In this document: in pieces, positions 1 through 10,412 of the stretch | Position numbering within the stretch: position 1 is the first letter of the stretch | Layout of the letters: each line of letters opens with the position of its first letter | Origin: Aulosira sp. ZfuVER01 | GTDB lineage: Bacteria > Cyanobacteriota > Cyanobacteriia > Cyanobacteriales > Nostocaceae | Assembly: GCA_034530615.2 (NCBI GenBank) | Contig: JAVRCV020000049.1 | Coordinates: forward strand, 64,001 to 128,000 | DNA length: 64,000 bases | Direction: 5' to 3' | The notes under the pieces: model-generated | Seen by the model: the letters and a program-made list of their open reading frames with translations, nothing else | Databases searched by the model: none | What the model was told of the DNA's origin: nothing | Program-made: the position numbers and the translations under genes

Positions 1-2
1 TC

Positions 3-818
3 CAAGCTGCACTCCAAGCGGGAATCCAGACACTTTACTGTGAATTTGAAGACCCACGCTTCTATCGGGAAGCAGTGCAGATGGTGCGTCAAGGACAAAC
101 TATTGGCAATCAAACTATTTGGGTTGCACCGCCGCGAATTACCAAACCTGGGGAAAACTGGATTTTACAACAAGTACGTGATTGTAATGCAGATGGTTAT
201 CTGGTGCGGAACTACGATCAATTACAATTCTTTGCCCAAGACCGTTGTATTGGAGATTTTTCACTCAATGTTGCTAATGCTTTAACAGCAGACTACTTTC
301 AGCAGCACTATGGCTTAGAACGGTTAACAGCATCCTACGACCTGAATATTACTCAATTAGAGAACCTGCTCACCAGTTGTCCACCCCAGTGGTTTGAGGT
401 GACAATCCATCAACATATGCCGATGTTTCACATGGAGCATTGTGTATTTTGTGCGTTTCTCTCTACAGGTACGGACTACACTAACTGTGGACGACCTTGT
501 GAAAAACAGGAAGTGAAATTACGCGACCGTGTGGGTAGCGAACACGTCCTCAAAGCAGATGTAGGTTGCCGCAATACTGTATTTAACAGCACCGCTCAAA
601 CAGGAGCCGAGTACGTACAGCGACTCATAAATCTGGGATTAAGACAATTCCGCATCGAGTTTGTCAATGAGTCACCCGAGCAAGTGAGTAAAACGATACA
701 TTGCTACCGCCAACTCCTGCAAGGTGAGATTACAGGCTCTCAACTTTGGCGCGAGTTAAAGCTGCAAAATCAGCTAGGTGTAACTCGCGGCCCTATGGGT
801 GTGTCTCCTGTCAGGTAA
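3..818 (+). CDS. U32 family protein (RlhA-like/DUF3656 type), C-terminal part; 5' end lies before the window
   Basis: The frame is open from base 3 (QAALQAGIQTLYCEFED...). The Cys-rich motif HMEHCVFC...NCGRPCE...GCRNTVFN is typical of long U32 proteins. Confidence 0.8.
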   Translation, partial: QAALQAGIQTLYCEFEDPRFYREAVQMVRQGQTIGNQTIWVAPPRITKPGENWILQQVRDCNADGYLVRNYDQLQFFAQDRCIGDFSLNVANALTADYFQQHYGLERLTASYDLNITQLENLLTSCPPQWFEVTIHQHMPMFHMEHCVFCAFLSTGTDYTNCGRPCEKQEVKLRDRVGSEHVLKADVGCRNTVFNSTAQTGAEYVQRLINLGLRQFRIEFVNESPEQVSKTIHCYRQLLQGEITGSQLWRELKLQNQLGVTRGPMGVSPVR

Positions 819-845
819 TCAGGTAGAGACAGGTGGAAACTGCCT

Positions 846-3800
846 CTAGGAAGCAATAGCAACGTTCTTGCTGACTTCCTGGTGGACGGGAATGCGGATG
901 ATAAACTCCGCTCCCTCTGTTGGTGCTGAGATACAAGAAAGTGAACCACCATGTTTGTCAGTAACAATTTGGTAGCTAATCGATAAGCCCATACCCGTGC
1001 CTTTGCCGACAGCTTTTGTCGTGAAGAAGGGATCGAACAGGCGTTGTCTAACTGACTCTGGCATCCCCGAACCATTGTCTGCAATGCGAATTTCGACTTG
1101 ATGAGCATCAACCTGTTCAGTGTAAATCGTAATGCTTGGGCTAGTGATTTGTTGTTGATGATTCACTAATGAGTCTTCTAAAGCATCGATCGCATTACTC
1201 AACACATTCATAAACACTTGATTGAGTTCTCCGGCATAGCATTCCACTTTGGGTAGGTTGCCATAATGTTTGCTTACCTCAATCCCAGGATGCTCTGGCT
1301 TGGCTTTGAGGCGATGTTGCAGAATCATCAGAGTGCTGTCAATGCCATCATGAATATTCACCGCTTTCATCTCCGCTTCGTCCATGCGCGAGAAGATTCG
1401 TAGCGAAGCGACAATGTTGCGAATTCGATCTGCTCCAATCCGCATAGAAGACAATAGTTTGGGCAAATCTTCCAGCAGAAATTCCAGATCTATTGCCTCC
1501 GCTTCTTCCTCAATCTCTGGATGAGGAGATGGGTAATGTTTTTGGTAAAGTGCCAGCAGTCTCAATACATCTTGGGTGTAGTTGTTGGCATGATTGAGAT
1601 TGCCAAAGATAAAATTGACCGGGTTGTTGATTTCGTGGGCTACGCCTGCAACTAGTTGTCCCAGACTGGACATTTTTTCAGTCTGCACAAGTTGAGCTTG
1701 GGTTTGTTGTAGTTTGTTCAGGTATTGTTGAAGTTCTTCGGCTTTTTCTCGCTCGCGAGTTTCCGATGCCTGCAAAGCTGCGTTTTTATTTTCGAGTTCT
1801 TGTGAATAAGTTTGGAGATTGCTGTAGAGACGGGCGTTATCAATCGCAATCGACATTTGGGCACTCAATAAACTCAGTACCCTCACTCGTTCTGAAGTAA
1901 AAGCACCAGAAATTAGATTATTTTCTAGATAAATAATACCAGTAAATTTACCGGAGTGAATCAGCGGTAGACACACAATAGATTTAGATTGGTGAGTCGT
2001 AATATAAGCATCAGATGCAAAGTATGAGTCTTTAACAGCATTGTCTAAAACTAGGTATTCTCTGGTTCTTTCAACATAATTAAATAAAGCGAGCGGAAGT
2101 AAAGGTAAATTAGTTTCATCCTCCCAGTTAACAAGAACACTAACGTTCTGACTTTCAACTTTTCCCACTGCTTCTAACATCCATTGATTCTCGTGCTTGG
2201 CAATAAAATAACCTTGTTGAGCGCCAGCATTTTCGATGACAATTTTCATCATTTTTGCGAGCAGGTTAGTTAGCACCATTTCTTCAGACAGAACTTGAGA
2301 AGCTTTCATCACTGTCATCAAGTCGAGAAGGTGGGAACCTCCGGTAGTTGTGGAACTGGTTTGAGTTAGTTCTTTGTAATTTGTTGCAAAGTTTTGTATG
2401 TTTGATGCTCGCGTAATTAATTGCGGGTATTTTGATTCTAAATCTTTGACTTTAGCAGTTGCCCCCCAACGCATATAGGCGTAGTAGGCATCTGTCATGT
2501 AAGTTTTGGCAATGCTTTGTTTATTCCATGACAGATAGAATTTGGCTGCCAGTTCGTAAGCTAATGCTTCTTCGTTGATGTACTCGTTTTCTTTAGCGAG
2601 TGCGATCGCGCGATCGTACATCTCAATTGCTTCTAATTTTTCGCCTAAAACCCGATGCCGTTCTGCCTCTACTAAATAGAATTTATGCAAATGATTCATT
2701 GGGGCATGATGCGCCCATTTTTGCATTTTTTCTTGATTAGCTTGTACGCGCTCGAGAATGCCCTGCTGCTCAGACTCTAAATTATCGCCATATACTGCCA
2801 GCCGTATTAAAGAATCGTATAAATGGAAAATAACAAAAACTACTTGCCCTGTAGCTGCACCCAAATAATTTTCTGCTTGATTGAGATTTTCTAGCGCTTG
2901 GGAGTAGTCTTCAAAGCGATAACAAAGCTCTAATTTGTGAAAGTATACAAATTGAATTGCTACTTGGTCGTTGGTTGAGCGGTGCAGTGGTAGCATTTCC
3001 TCCTCGTCGTAGGTTTCACCTCTTAAAATGCAGGGATTTTGGCTTTTACCCATCATGTTTAAGACAGCTTGCCAATGGATTTCCTGATAATGAAGTGCTG
3101 TTTCTTGTTTGACTCTACTAATAGCATCCCAGTAGGTTGCCATTTCTTGTTCAACGAGAGTTAATTGCTTACCAATCAAATATAGTTGATAGCAGTATTC
3201 AAATGCACCATAGGCAGCATATTCTAAATCTCCAGTTTCCAATCCCCTAAAGTAATTTGACTGCATTGGTTCTAAGGTATTGCTGACGTGTTCTTTCCAA
3301 TGCCGAATCAGTATATTTACTATTTGGTACGTCTTGGTACTGACTTCTTTAGCATTTAACTTTGAAAGCAAACTTAAAGCTAATTGACCAAATTGATAGC
3401 CTCGCTCGATATCTCCCACAACCCCACACAGAAGAAAACCATAAAGGGAGTATGCATAAGGAGACACAGAAGCATTACCATACTGAACAGATAAATTGAC
3501 TTGTTGACATACCACTAGGGGCACTATTCCTGGAGCGCCCAAGTAGGCGGCAATAAATAGACTTGATAGTAGTCTCAAAGCTGCTAGTTTATCCGGGTCG
3601 GTCATTTGAGGTAAGTAGAGCAAGTCCGAAGTTTCCTTTCTACTCAAAATGGATGCCGTTTCCTCTAATGCTTGTCCAATATCTGAAGGGTTCACTGTTT
3701 CGGGAAACTCCACTCCCAGAAGCTTTAAGACTTTTAGTCCTGTATTAATGGCATCAATTAAGTTGTTCTGCCCCATGTAAGCTTGCATCTGGACTTCATA

Positions 3801-6344
3801 CACTTTAATTTTGTCCAGCAGCGTTTTAGCATAGTTTTGGACTATCTCAACTAATCTCTGCATTCCTTGAAAATCACCACTCAAAAAAGCTGCCTCTGCG
3901 GCTTCTGAGTGCAGTGATAATGTCAGTTCATATTGAAACCTCCAGCTTTCTTCTGCTAACAGTCCCAAACCAACTTGCAAATATTTGATAGCAGAATCGT
4001 GCGCTGTAGCTGCTTTTGCTCTTTTACCTGCTATGAGGTTAAGTTGGGCTAGTTCATATTTTTCTGTTTCAGATATCAGTAAATCTGTACCGTAATTGAG
4101 TTGATTAACTAAAGAAAAAATATTTTCTTTGCGTGCTTCTGGTGTAGTGTTTTGTAGCAGTAATTGACCAATTTTTAAGTGAGTTTCTTTTTTCTTATCT
4201 TCTGGAATTAAAGAATAAGCCGCTTGCTGTACTCTGTCATGTAAAAACTTGTAATCAACCTTGACATCAGTTAAGGTAATACCACCTGATTCTTCATGAC
4301 CAAAGACCAAAGGAATTTTGTAATCTTGAGTTAACGGCAAAATTAACCCAGCTTGCAGTGCTGACCATAATTGCGCCGCAGTTGTGAGGAAAGATGCTTC
4401 ATTAACGATCGCTAATACATCTAAATTAAAAGTATTACCAATACAAGCCGCTAGTTTGAGGACTTCTTGGGTCTCTATTGAAAGCTTGCGAATGTTTCTC
4501 GCAGTCAGTTCCACAACATTTAGGTCAGTAATACCAATCGCTTGAATATCTTCAATATCCCACTGCCACACCCCAGACTGGTAGTTGTATGTTAATAGGT
4601 CTTCCTGATGCAGGGTTAAGAGCAGTTGCGTTAAAAAGAACGGGTTCCCTCCAGTTTTATGGAATAATAATTCTGCAAGTTCCTGGCTGCGTTCTATGTC
4701 ATTCAACGTATCACCAACTAACGCTTGCACATCCGTTAACTGTAACGGTGACAGAAAGATGTTATTTACCACCGCATCTGCTGTTTGAATTTTGGACAAA
4801 CTCATCATCAGGGGGTGGGTGGGCGACACTTCATTATCGCGATATGCTCCAATTAATAATAAATATTGGCGTAGCTTGCCGCCGTAGGCATCGCTATCGC
4901 TCATCAATAGCTCAATTAAGTTCAGCGATGCCGAATCTGCCCACTGTAAGTCATCCAAGAAAACAACCAGAGGATGATCTTGGGTTGTAAATACACCAAT
5001 GAATTGCCCAAAGACAAGATTGAAGCGATGTTGAGTTTCAGTTGCACCTAGTTGTGCGATCGCTGGCTGAGTCCCAATAATTAATTCCACCTCTGGAATC
5101 ACATCGATAATGACTTGCCCATTCTCACCCAACGCGGTTAACAGTTTCTCTTTCCATGCTTGGATTTGAGCCGTGCTTTCGGTGAGTAATTGTCTAACTA
5201 AGGATTGGAACGCCTGAATCAACGACGTATAGGGAATATTGCGTTTGAACTGATCGAACTTACCTGCAATGAAATAACCCCTTGCGCCCACAATCGGTTT
5301 ATGAACTTCATTGACAACACAAGTCTTACCAATCCCTGAATAACCAGAAACTAGCATCAGTTCGCTACTACCACTCGCCACACGTTCAAACGCAGCCATT
5401 AAAGTTGCTACTTCTGCTTCCCGTCCGTAAAGCTTTTGAGGAATCAAAAAATGCCCAGATTTATCTCTTCTTCCTGGTACAAAGTTTTCAATCTTGCCAG
5501 TCGTTTGCAGCCCAAACAAGCATTCTTCTAAATCTGCTTTCAGTCCCCAAGCGCTTTGATAGCGCTGTTCTGCTGTTTTCGCTAACAGCTTTAAAATAAT
5601 CGCACCAATCGCCTCTGGCACATCTTCAGATAAGCGACACACAGTTTCTTTACAGGGTGCTTTTGGCATTTTAGCAATGTGACAGTGTACCAACTCCATT
5701 GGATCGGTAGCGTGAAAAGGTAAATTACCCGTCAGCATTTCATACAAAGTCACACCCAACGAGTAGAAATCACTGCGGTAGTCAATCGTCCGGTTCATTC
5801 TACCGGTTTGCTCTGGTGACATATAAGCCAGCGTACCTTCGAGCAAATTCGGATTGCTCAAGCTGGGATTTTCTTTATCGAGGCGCGAAGAGATACTAAA
5901 GTCAATTAGTTTCACTTCCCCAGAATCGGGGTCAATTAGAATATTGTGCGGCTTAATATCTTTATGAATAATCTGTTGGGCGTGGAGTTCTCCTAATGTT
6001 TGTGCCAAATTAATTGCCACTTTCAAGAAAGTAATCAAGCTGGTGGTTTGATTGGCAATCACTTCTTTAAGCAAGCAACCTGGAATGTCTTCCAAAATCA
6101 ACGCCAAACCATGCTGATAATTCTTTAACTCATAAGGTTTAACAATCCCTGGAATTTGCAGCGGCTCAATGATTTGATATTCGTGGCGTAGTCGCGCAAT
6201 GTCTTCCAAGGATGGATGTTCGTCTAGGAGAGTTTTGACAATGACGCTGACGTTATCAGTTTTTCTGCGTCCGCGATAAATTACGGTTTTACTACCGGAG
6301 TGAATAGTGTCTAGGATTTGATAACCAGATAAAGTCGCTGTCAT
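846..6344 (-). CDS. Multidomain Ser/Thr kinase / AAA ATPase / GAF / histidine kinase (HstK-like)
   Basis: Kinase motifs HKDIKPHN, DFS, YMSPE; Walker A GYSGIGKT; LDDLQWAD; GAF region; H-box AHEINNP; G-boxes DNGSG and GTGMGL. Likely start ATG 6344 (the ORF extends to 6359). Confidence 0.92.
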   Translation of the reverse strand: MTATLSGYQILDTIHSGSKTVIYRGRRKTDNVSVIVKTLLDEHPSLEDIARLRHEYQIIEPLQIPGIVKPYELKNYQHGLALILEDIPGCLLKEVIANQTTSLITFLKVAINLAQTLGELHAQQIIHKDIKPHNILIDPDSGEVKLIDFSISSRLDKENPSLSNPNLLEGTLAYMSPEQTGRMNRTIDYRSDFYSLGVTLYEMLTGNLPFHATDPMELVHCHIAKMPKAPCKETVCRLSEDVPEAIGAIILKLLAKTAEQRYQSAWGLKADLEECLFGLQTTGKIENFVPGRRDKSGHFLIPQKLYGREAEVATLMAAFERVASGSSELMLVSGYSGIGKTCVVNEVHKPIVGARGYFIAGKFDQFKRNIPYTSLIQAFQSLVRQLLTESTAQIQAWKEKLLTALGENGQVIIDVIPEVELIIGTQPAIAQLGATETQHRFNLVFGQFIGVFTTQDHPLVVFLDDLQWADSASLNLIELLMSDSDAYGGKLRQYLLLIGAYRDNEVSPTHPLMMSLSKIQTADAVVNNIFLSPLQLTDVQALVGDTLNDIERSQELAELLFHKTGGNPFFLTQLLLTLHQEDLLTYNYQSGVWQWDIEDIQAIGITDLNVVELTARNIRKLSIETQEVLKLAACIGNTFNLDVLAIVNEASFLTTAAQLWSALQAGLILPLTQDYKIPLVFGHEESGGITLTDVKVDYKFLHDRVQQAAYSLIPEDKKKETHLKIGQLLLQNTTPEARKENIFSLVNQLNYGTDLLISETEKYELAQLNLIAGKRAKAATAHDSAIKYLQVGLGLLAEESWRFQYELTLSLHSEAAEAAFLSGDFQGMQRLVEIVQNYAKTLLDKIKVYEVQMQAYMGQNNLIDAINTGLKVLKLLGVEFPETVNPSDIGQALEETASILSRKETSDLLYLPQMTDPDKLAALRLLSSLFIAAYLGAPGIVPLVVCQQVNLSVQYGNASVSPYAYSLYGFLLCGVVGDIERGYQFGQLALSLLSKLNAKEVSTKTYQIVNILIRHWKEHVSNTLEPMQSNYFRGLETGDLEYAAYGAFEYCYQLYLIGKQLTLVEQEMATYWDAISRVKQETALHYQEIHWQAVLNMMGKSQNPCILRGETYDEEEMLPLHRSTNDQVAIQFVYFHKLELCYRFEDYSQALENLNQAENYLGAATGQVVFVIFHLYDSLIRLAVYGDNLESEQQGILERVQANQEKMQKWAHHAPMNHLHKFYLVEAERHRVLGEKLEAIEMYDRAIALAKENEYINEEALAYELAAKFYLSWNKQSIAKTYMTDAYYAYMRWGATAKVKDLESKYPQLITRASNIQNFATNYKELTQTSSTTTGGSHLLDLMTVMKASQVLSEEMVLTNLLAKMMKIVIENAGAQQGYFIAKHENQWMLEAVGKVESQNVSVLVNWEDETNLPLLPLALFNYVERTREYLVLDNAVKDSYFASDAYITTHQSKSIVCLPLIHSGKFTGIIYLENNLISGAFTSERVRVLSLLSAQMSIAIDNARLYSNLQTYSQELENKNAALQASETREREKAEELQQYLNKLQQTQAQLVQTEKMSSLGQLVAGVAHEINNPVNFIFGNLNHANNYTQDVLRLLALYQKHYPSPHPEIEEEAEAIDLEFLLEDLPKLLSSMRIGADRIRNIVASLRIFSRMDEAEMKAVNIHDGIDSTLMILQHRLKAKPEHPGIEVSKHYGNLPKVECYAGELNQVFMNVLSNAIDALEDSLVNHQQQITSPSITIYTEQVDAHQVEIRIADNGSGMPESVRQRLFDPFFTTKAVGKGTGMGLSISYQIVTDKHGGSLSCISAPTEGAEFIIRIPVHQEVSKNVAIAS
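4869..4894. repeat. HIP1 site split by an 18-nt in-frame insertion (small dispersed repeat)
   Basis: GCG-TAGCTTGCCGCCGTAGGC-ATCGC; removing 4872-4889 restores GCGATCGC. Confidence 0.75.
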
Positions 6345-6650
6345 TGTCTTCACTTGCAATACTAAGTATCCTTAATATTCCCGTGCAAGTTTTAATTCGT
6401 AATATTTGTTACAAAAGTTTGTAGTATTTGCAACATAAATATGTATGTTTTTCTGCAATATTTACGTATACAATTCACTCAAAAATTTGATTCAGTCATT
6501 CTTAAGCTCAAACTCAATAATCCAGGTAAAAATTAGTAAGTGTATATTTAATGTCAACTCTTCAAAAACTAATTTTATGCAGTCATCGCTGTGGCGCTTT
6601 GAAAAGCGCTTGAGCCACTGTCTACAAGCTCTCCCATTTTTAAGCTAAAT

Positions 6651-7538
6651 TCACCATAAATGAGCAGTTTCTCTAACTATTTCTAGAAATCTCTGTACAA
6701 TTGGGGATTTTTCATTTGTGCGCCAAATCATGGCAATTGGAGCTTTTGGGGTAGACTCTGGGATTTTTTTGTAAACTACTCCAGTTCGTTGGAGGTTTTG
6801 CAAAGATGCAGGGGCGATCGCAACTCCCATGTCTCCAGCTACTAAACTGACAATCGTCTGCATCTGGATCGCTTCTTGAACAACACTAGGACTAAAACCT
6901 GCTTGCTGGCAAAGACTGATAATCAAATCGTAGAGTCCGGGTGCTAATTTTCTGGGAAATAAAATGAACGGTTCATTGGCTAGCGATCGCAAACTCACAT
7001 CAGATTGATTTGCTAGCCAATGTGTTTCCGGAAGCGCTACTATCAGCGACTCTTGAAAAATTGTCTCCCAGCTAAATGTATGATCTTCAACTGGCGGACG
7101 GATAAAGCCGACATCCATGCGCCCTTCCCGCAGCCACTCTAGTTGCTGATCGGTAGTTAGTTCGTGCAACTCTAGGCTCACCCCAGGAACAAGGCTGCGA
7201 AAATTTTTTAAGATAGTTGGCAAAATGTTATACGCTGCTGTACTGACAAAGCCAACTACTAATTGTCCGATTTCACCCCGATTTGTTTGTCGCCCAGTTT
7301 GAATTGCTTGCTGTAATTGCTTGAAAATTTGCTGCACTTCCCCCAGAAATACTTGTCCCGCTTCTGTTAACCGCACATTGCGTTTTGTGCGGTGAAATAG
7401 TTCAAAGCCCAATTCTCGCTCTAATTGGCGAATTTGTTGGCTGAGGGGAGGTTGAGCAATATGCAATTTTTCCGCCGCTTTTCCAAAATGTAGTTCTTCT
7501 GCCAAGGTGACAAAGTAGCGCAGGTGTCGTAATTCCAT
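6651..7538 (-). CDS. LysR family transcriptional regulator
   Basis: N-terminal HTH MELRHLRYFVTLAEELHFGKAAEKLHIAQPPLSQQIRQLE; divergent from a methyltransferase gene. Confidence 0.95.
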   Translation of the reverse strand: MELRHLRYFVTLAEELHFGKAAEKLHIAQPPLSQQIRQLERELGFELFHRTKRNVRLTEAGQVFLGEVQQIFKQLQQAIQTGRQTNRGEIGQLVVGFVSTAAYNILPTILKNFRSLVPGVSLELHELTTDQQLEWLREGRMDVGFIRPPVEDHTFSWETIFQESLIVALPETHWLANQSDVSLRSLANEPFILFPRKLAPGLYDLIISLCQQAGFSPSVVQEAIQMQTIVSLVAGDMGVAIAPASLQNLQRTGVVYKKIPESTPKAPIAMIWRTNEKSPIVQRFLEIVRETAHLW

Positions 7539-7548
7539 CGTGTACAGC

Positions 7549-7573
7549 AACTAATATCTTTTAAATATTAGTT
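7549..7573. promoter_or_regulatory. Putative LysR recognition site (inverted repeat)
   Basis: AACTAATAT-N7-ATATTAGTT, a perfect 9-bp inverted repeat containing T-N11-A, immediately upstream of the LysR start in the divergent promoter. Confidence 0.6.
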
Positions 7574-7693
7574 ACAGCATAAAAATATATTGGACACGAT
7601 TAAAAATCTCTTTTACTGTAATGATTAAGCAGTCATCAACTGAAAGCCCATAGTTGAAGACTGACAAGCCCATATTCTGTAATTTCACTACTT

Positions 7694-8473
7694 ATGAATA
7701 GTCTTTCGATACCCAAGCATAATTGGGATACAAATTTGTATGAGGATAAACACGCCTTCGTGTGGCAATATGGCGAGGACTTATTGCAATTACTCAACCC
7801 CAAACCTGGGGAGTTAATTTTAGATCTCGGTTGTGGAACAGGACAACTCACAGAAAAAATTGCCCAAACTGGCGCTGAGGTGATGGGAATTGATAGCGCC
7901 GCCACCATGATTGAGAAGGCTAGACAAAACTATCCCCATATTCGGTGTGATGTTGCTGATGCTAGGAACTTTCAAGTAGAACAGCCATTAGATGCGGTGT
8001 TTTCTAACGCTGTCTTACATTGGGTGCAAGAAGCAGATAAAGCGATCGCATCCATCCATCAAGCACTAAAACCTGGTGGGCGATTTGTGGCAGAATTTGG
8101 TGGTAAGGGAAATATCCAGGCGATCGCAACAGCTTTGTCAAGTGCGCTCGAATCTATTGGTATTCCCCAACCGCAAACACTTAATCCTTGGTACTATCCC
8201 AGTATTGGGGAATATGCTAGCCTACTTGAACAGCAAGGTTTTGATGTCATCTATGCTACCATCTTTGCGCGTCCCACTCCTCTAGCAGACAAAGAAGCAG
8301 GCATAGCCAACTGGATTGAGATGTTTGCCACTAGTTTCTTAGTAGGAATAACTGCTGAACAAAAAATACAAGTAATTCGCAATGTAGAAGAGATCCTGAA
8401 GCCAACTCTGTATCAAGATGGAACTTGGATAGCAGACTACCGACGAATTCGCGTCTTAGCTATCAAAATTTAG
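7694..8473 (+). CDS. Class I SAM-dependent methyltransferase (Tam-like)
   Basis: Motif I ILDLGCGTG; DAVFSNAVLHW; LKPGGRF. Confidence 0.9.
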   Translation: MNSLSIPKHNWDTNLYEDKHAFVWQYGEDLLQLLNPKPGELILDLGCGTGQLTEKIAQTGAEVMGIDSAATMIEKARQNYPHIRCDVADARNFQVEQPLDAVFSNAVLHWVQEADKAIASIHQALKPGGRFVAEFGGKGNIQAIATALSSALESIGIPQPQTLNPWYYPSIGEYASLLEQQGFDVIYATIFARPTPLADKEAGIANWIEMFATSFLVGITAEQKIQVIRNVEEILKPTLYQDGTWIADYRRIRVLAIKI

Positions 8474-8539
8474 ATAGATATTGCTTATAAAAATCTGGCA
8501 AGATCAGAACATATTTACCTTGAATGAAGTCTCATTACT

Positions 8540-8681
8540 TACAGCCGTTTTCAATTGTTTGAAACATAGGTATTTGTCAATGCACGCTTAAGCTTTAGCT
8601 AATAGAACTAAGGCGATCAGATCCCCGGCTTCTTTAAGAAGTCGGGGATATCTTAGCCCAGCAAAGTTATAACTGGCTGTA
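8540..8681. repeat. MITE-like intergenic element with an internal hairpin repeat
   Basis: Imperfect inverted ends TACAGCCGTT ... AACTGGCTGTA; internal hairpin GATCCCCGGCTTCT-TTA-AGAAGTCGGGGAT at 8620-8649. Confidence 0.5.
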
Positions 8682-8715
8682 AATAGGAGATAAATCCACA
8701 ATTCAAACTAATAAT

Positions 8716-9252
8716 ATGTTTAGCAAAACAATGTCTTGCCGCAAGACACCATTCCCACTATTACTAACTCTCGGATTGATGACGATTTCTCTTTTACCAA
8801 TCCGAACTTCATTAGCCCAAATTAGCTTTATACCGCAGCCTTCTAATGCGCCTTTGGAACTAAGTTTGTTAACTAAACCAAAAAGCTCTGTAATTACAGC
8901 TACTACAATTAATCAAAGAAACTTGACTATTCCTCGATTATGGTGGGCACAAGACAGCGCGGAGAAAAAACTGTTAGATAATTGGGTAGCATATCCAGCT
9001 TCTAAGGAAGAACCTGCGAGAGTAGATTTAGTAGTAAATCAGCAAATTTGGAGCTTATTAGACTATCTGGAACGCTACGACTTTATCAATCGTTTAGGTA
9101 CTGTAGCACGGAGGGATAATTATAATGTTCGAGTTTTTAATTATCAGCAAGAATTATTAGGAACCTATACTTGTAACTTTAAAGTCAATCCGTCTTTATG
9201 CAATATCCAGATGCCTTCTCAGAATAAGTTAGGTTGGCGGCGTTCGTTATAG
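8716..9252 (+). CDS. Hypothetical exported protein
   Basis: 178-aa ORF with a signal-peptide-like N-terminus. Confidence 0.7.
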   Translation: MFSKTMSCRKTPFPLLLTLGLMTISLLPIRTSLAQISFIPQPSNAPLELSLLTKPKSSVITATTINQRNLTIPRLWWAQDSAEKKLLDNWVAYPASKEEPARVDLVVNQQIWSLLDYLERYDFINRLGTVARRDNYNVRVFNYQQELLGTYTCNFKVNPSLCNIQMPSQNKLGWRRSL

Positions 9253-9260
9253 AAAATAAA

Positions 9261-10412
9261 TTATCCTGCTTTGATTTTGTCAAATAAAGACTCATACTGC
9301 TTTGTTGTTGATGGAGATAAAGGAAGTAAAAATTCACTTTTAGCGAAAACTTCACGATTACTGAGTAACAGATTCCTGAATGATTCTTGAATATCTGAGG
9401 CCACAATATTTGTAGAAATAGGCGAATTAGTTTTGCTTAGTAGCGAAATTTGTTTAGCGATCGCAGGTTGCAAACAAAAATCAATCCATTGATTTGCTAA
9501 AGTATCTTTGTCCACGCCTTTGGGACGTACCCACAGATCTGCCCATACTGCTGTTCCAGCTTGGGGGATAACGGCTTTGAGGTGGGGATAACGCGCCAGC
9601 ACCGGTAATACATCGTCAGACCAGCCAACCGCCAGCCAAGTATCTTCAATAACTAAGGGTTCTAGGTAGGTTTTGGAACTGTAGAACTTTACCTGTTGAT
9701 TTAAGGCGCTGAGTTCTTTTTCCAATTCTGGTACTTGGTCAAGATTTTCTGTATTGTAGGATTTTCCTAATTTCTTTAAAACCAGACCAATTACTTCTCG
9801 TGGTTGATTGAGTAGAGAAATCCGCGATCGCACTTCATCTCGCCACAAATCACTCCAATCTTTGGGCGTCCATCCTAATTCTTGGAATTTTTCACGGTTA
9901 TAGACTATCACCGTACTACCCCAACGGTAAGGAGCAGCCCAAACTTTTCCTTGAGAATCGGGATTACCTTGTTCGTTGCGCGTTACCAGTTGCTTCCACT
10001 TGTCATCTAAAGCTGTCCACTGTTTAATTTGCGCTTCATTTAGTGGTTGAATTAGTTTTTGCTCAATTGCAGCTTTTAGCCAATAATCTCCCAACGTCAC
10101 TAGGTCGGCTATCGGTGTTTTTTGCTCTTGTGCAAGTGGGATAAAGCGACGCCATCCTTGCTCATCGCTGGCTTTTGGCTGTTGCTGCCAATTTTGCAAT
10201 TGTTTAAATAAATCTTGTATCTGCTCCACAGGAGAAAACTTTAATTGCGCCTGTGGCTTCAAGGCTTTCTGAAATTTATTAACTACCTGACCAGGTATAG
10301 AACCTTTTAATAGCTGTACTTTCAGTTGGGTCTGGTTGCTTCCACCACAGCCAATCAACAGTTGTGAAAGTGCTAATGTACCTGTGGCTAATAAGAACGA
10401 GCGTCGATCCAT
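9261..10412 (-). CDS. Polyamine-type ABC substrate-binding lipoprotein (PotD-like)
   Basis: Tat/lipoprotein signal MDRRSFLL...LIGC; APYRWGSTVIVYN; WSDLW; AVGWS. Confidence 0.8.
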   Translation of the reverse strand: MDRRSFLLATGTLALSQLLIGCGGSNQTQLKVQLLKGSIPGQVVNKFQKALKPQAQLKFSPVEQIQDLFKQLQNWQQQPKASDEQGWRRFIPLAQEQKTPIADLVTLGDYWLKAAIEQKLIQPLNEAQIKQWTALDDKWKQLVTRNEQGNPDSQGKVWAAPYRWGSTVIVYNREKFQELGWTPKDWSDLWRDEVRSRISLLNQPREVIGLVLKKLGKSYNTENLDQVPELEKELSALNQQVKFYSSKTYLEPLVIEDTWLAVGWSDDVLPVLARYPHLKAVIPQAGTAVWADLWVRPKGVDKDTLANQWIDFCLQPAIAKQISLLSKTNSPISTNIVASDIQESFRNLLLSNREVFAKSEFLLPLSPSTTKQYESLFDKIKAG

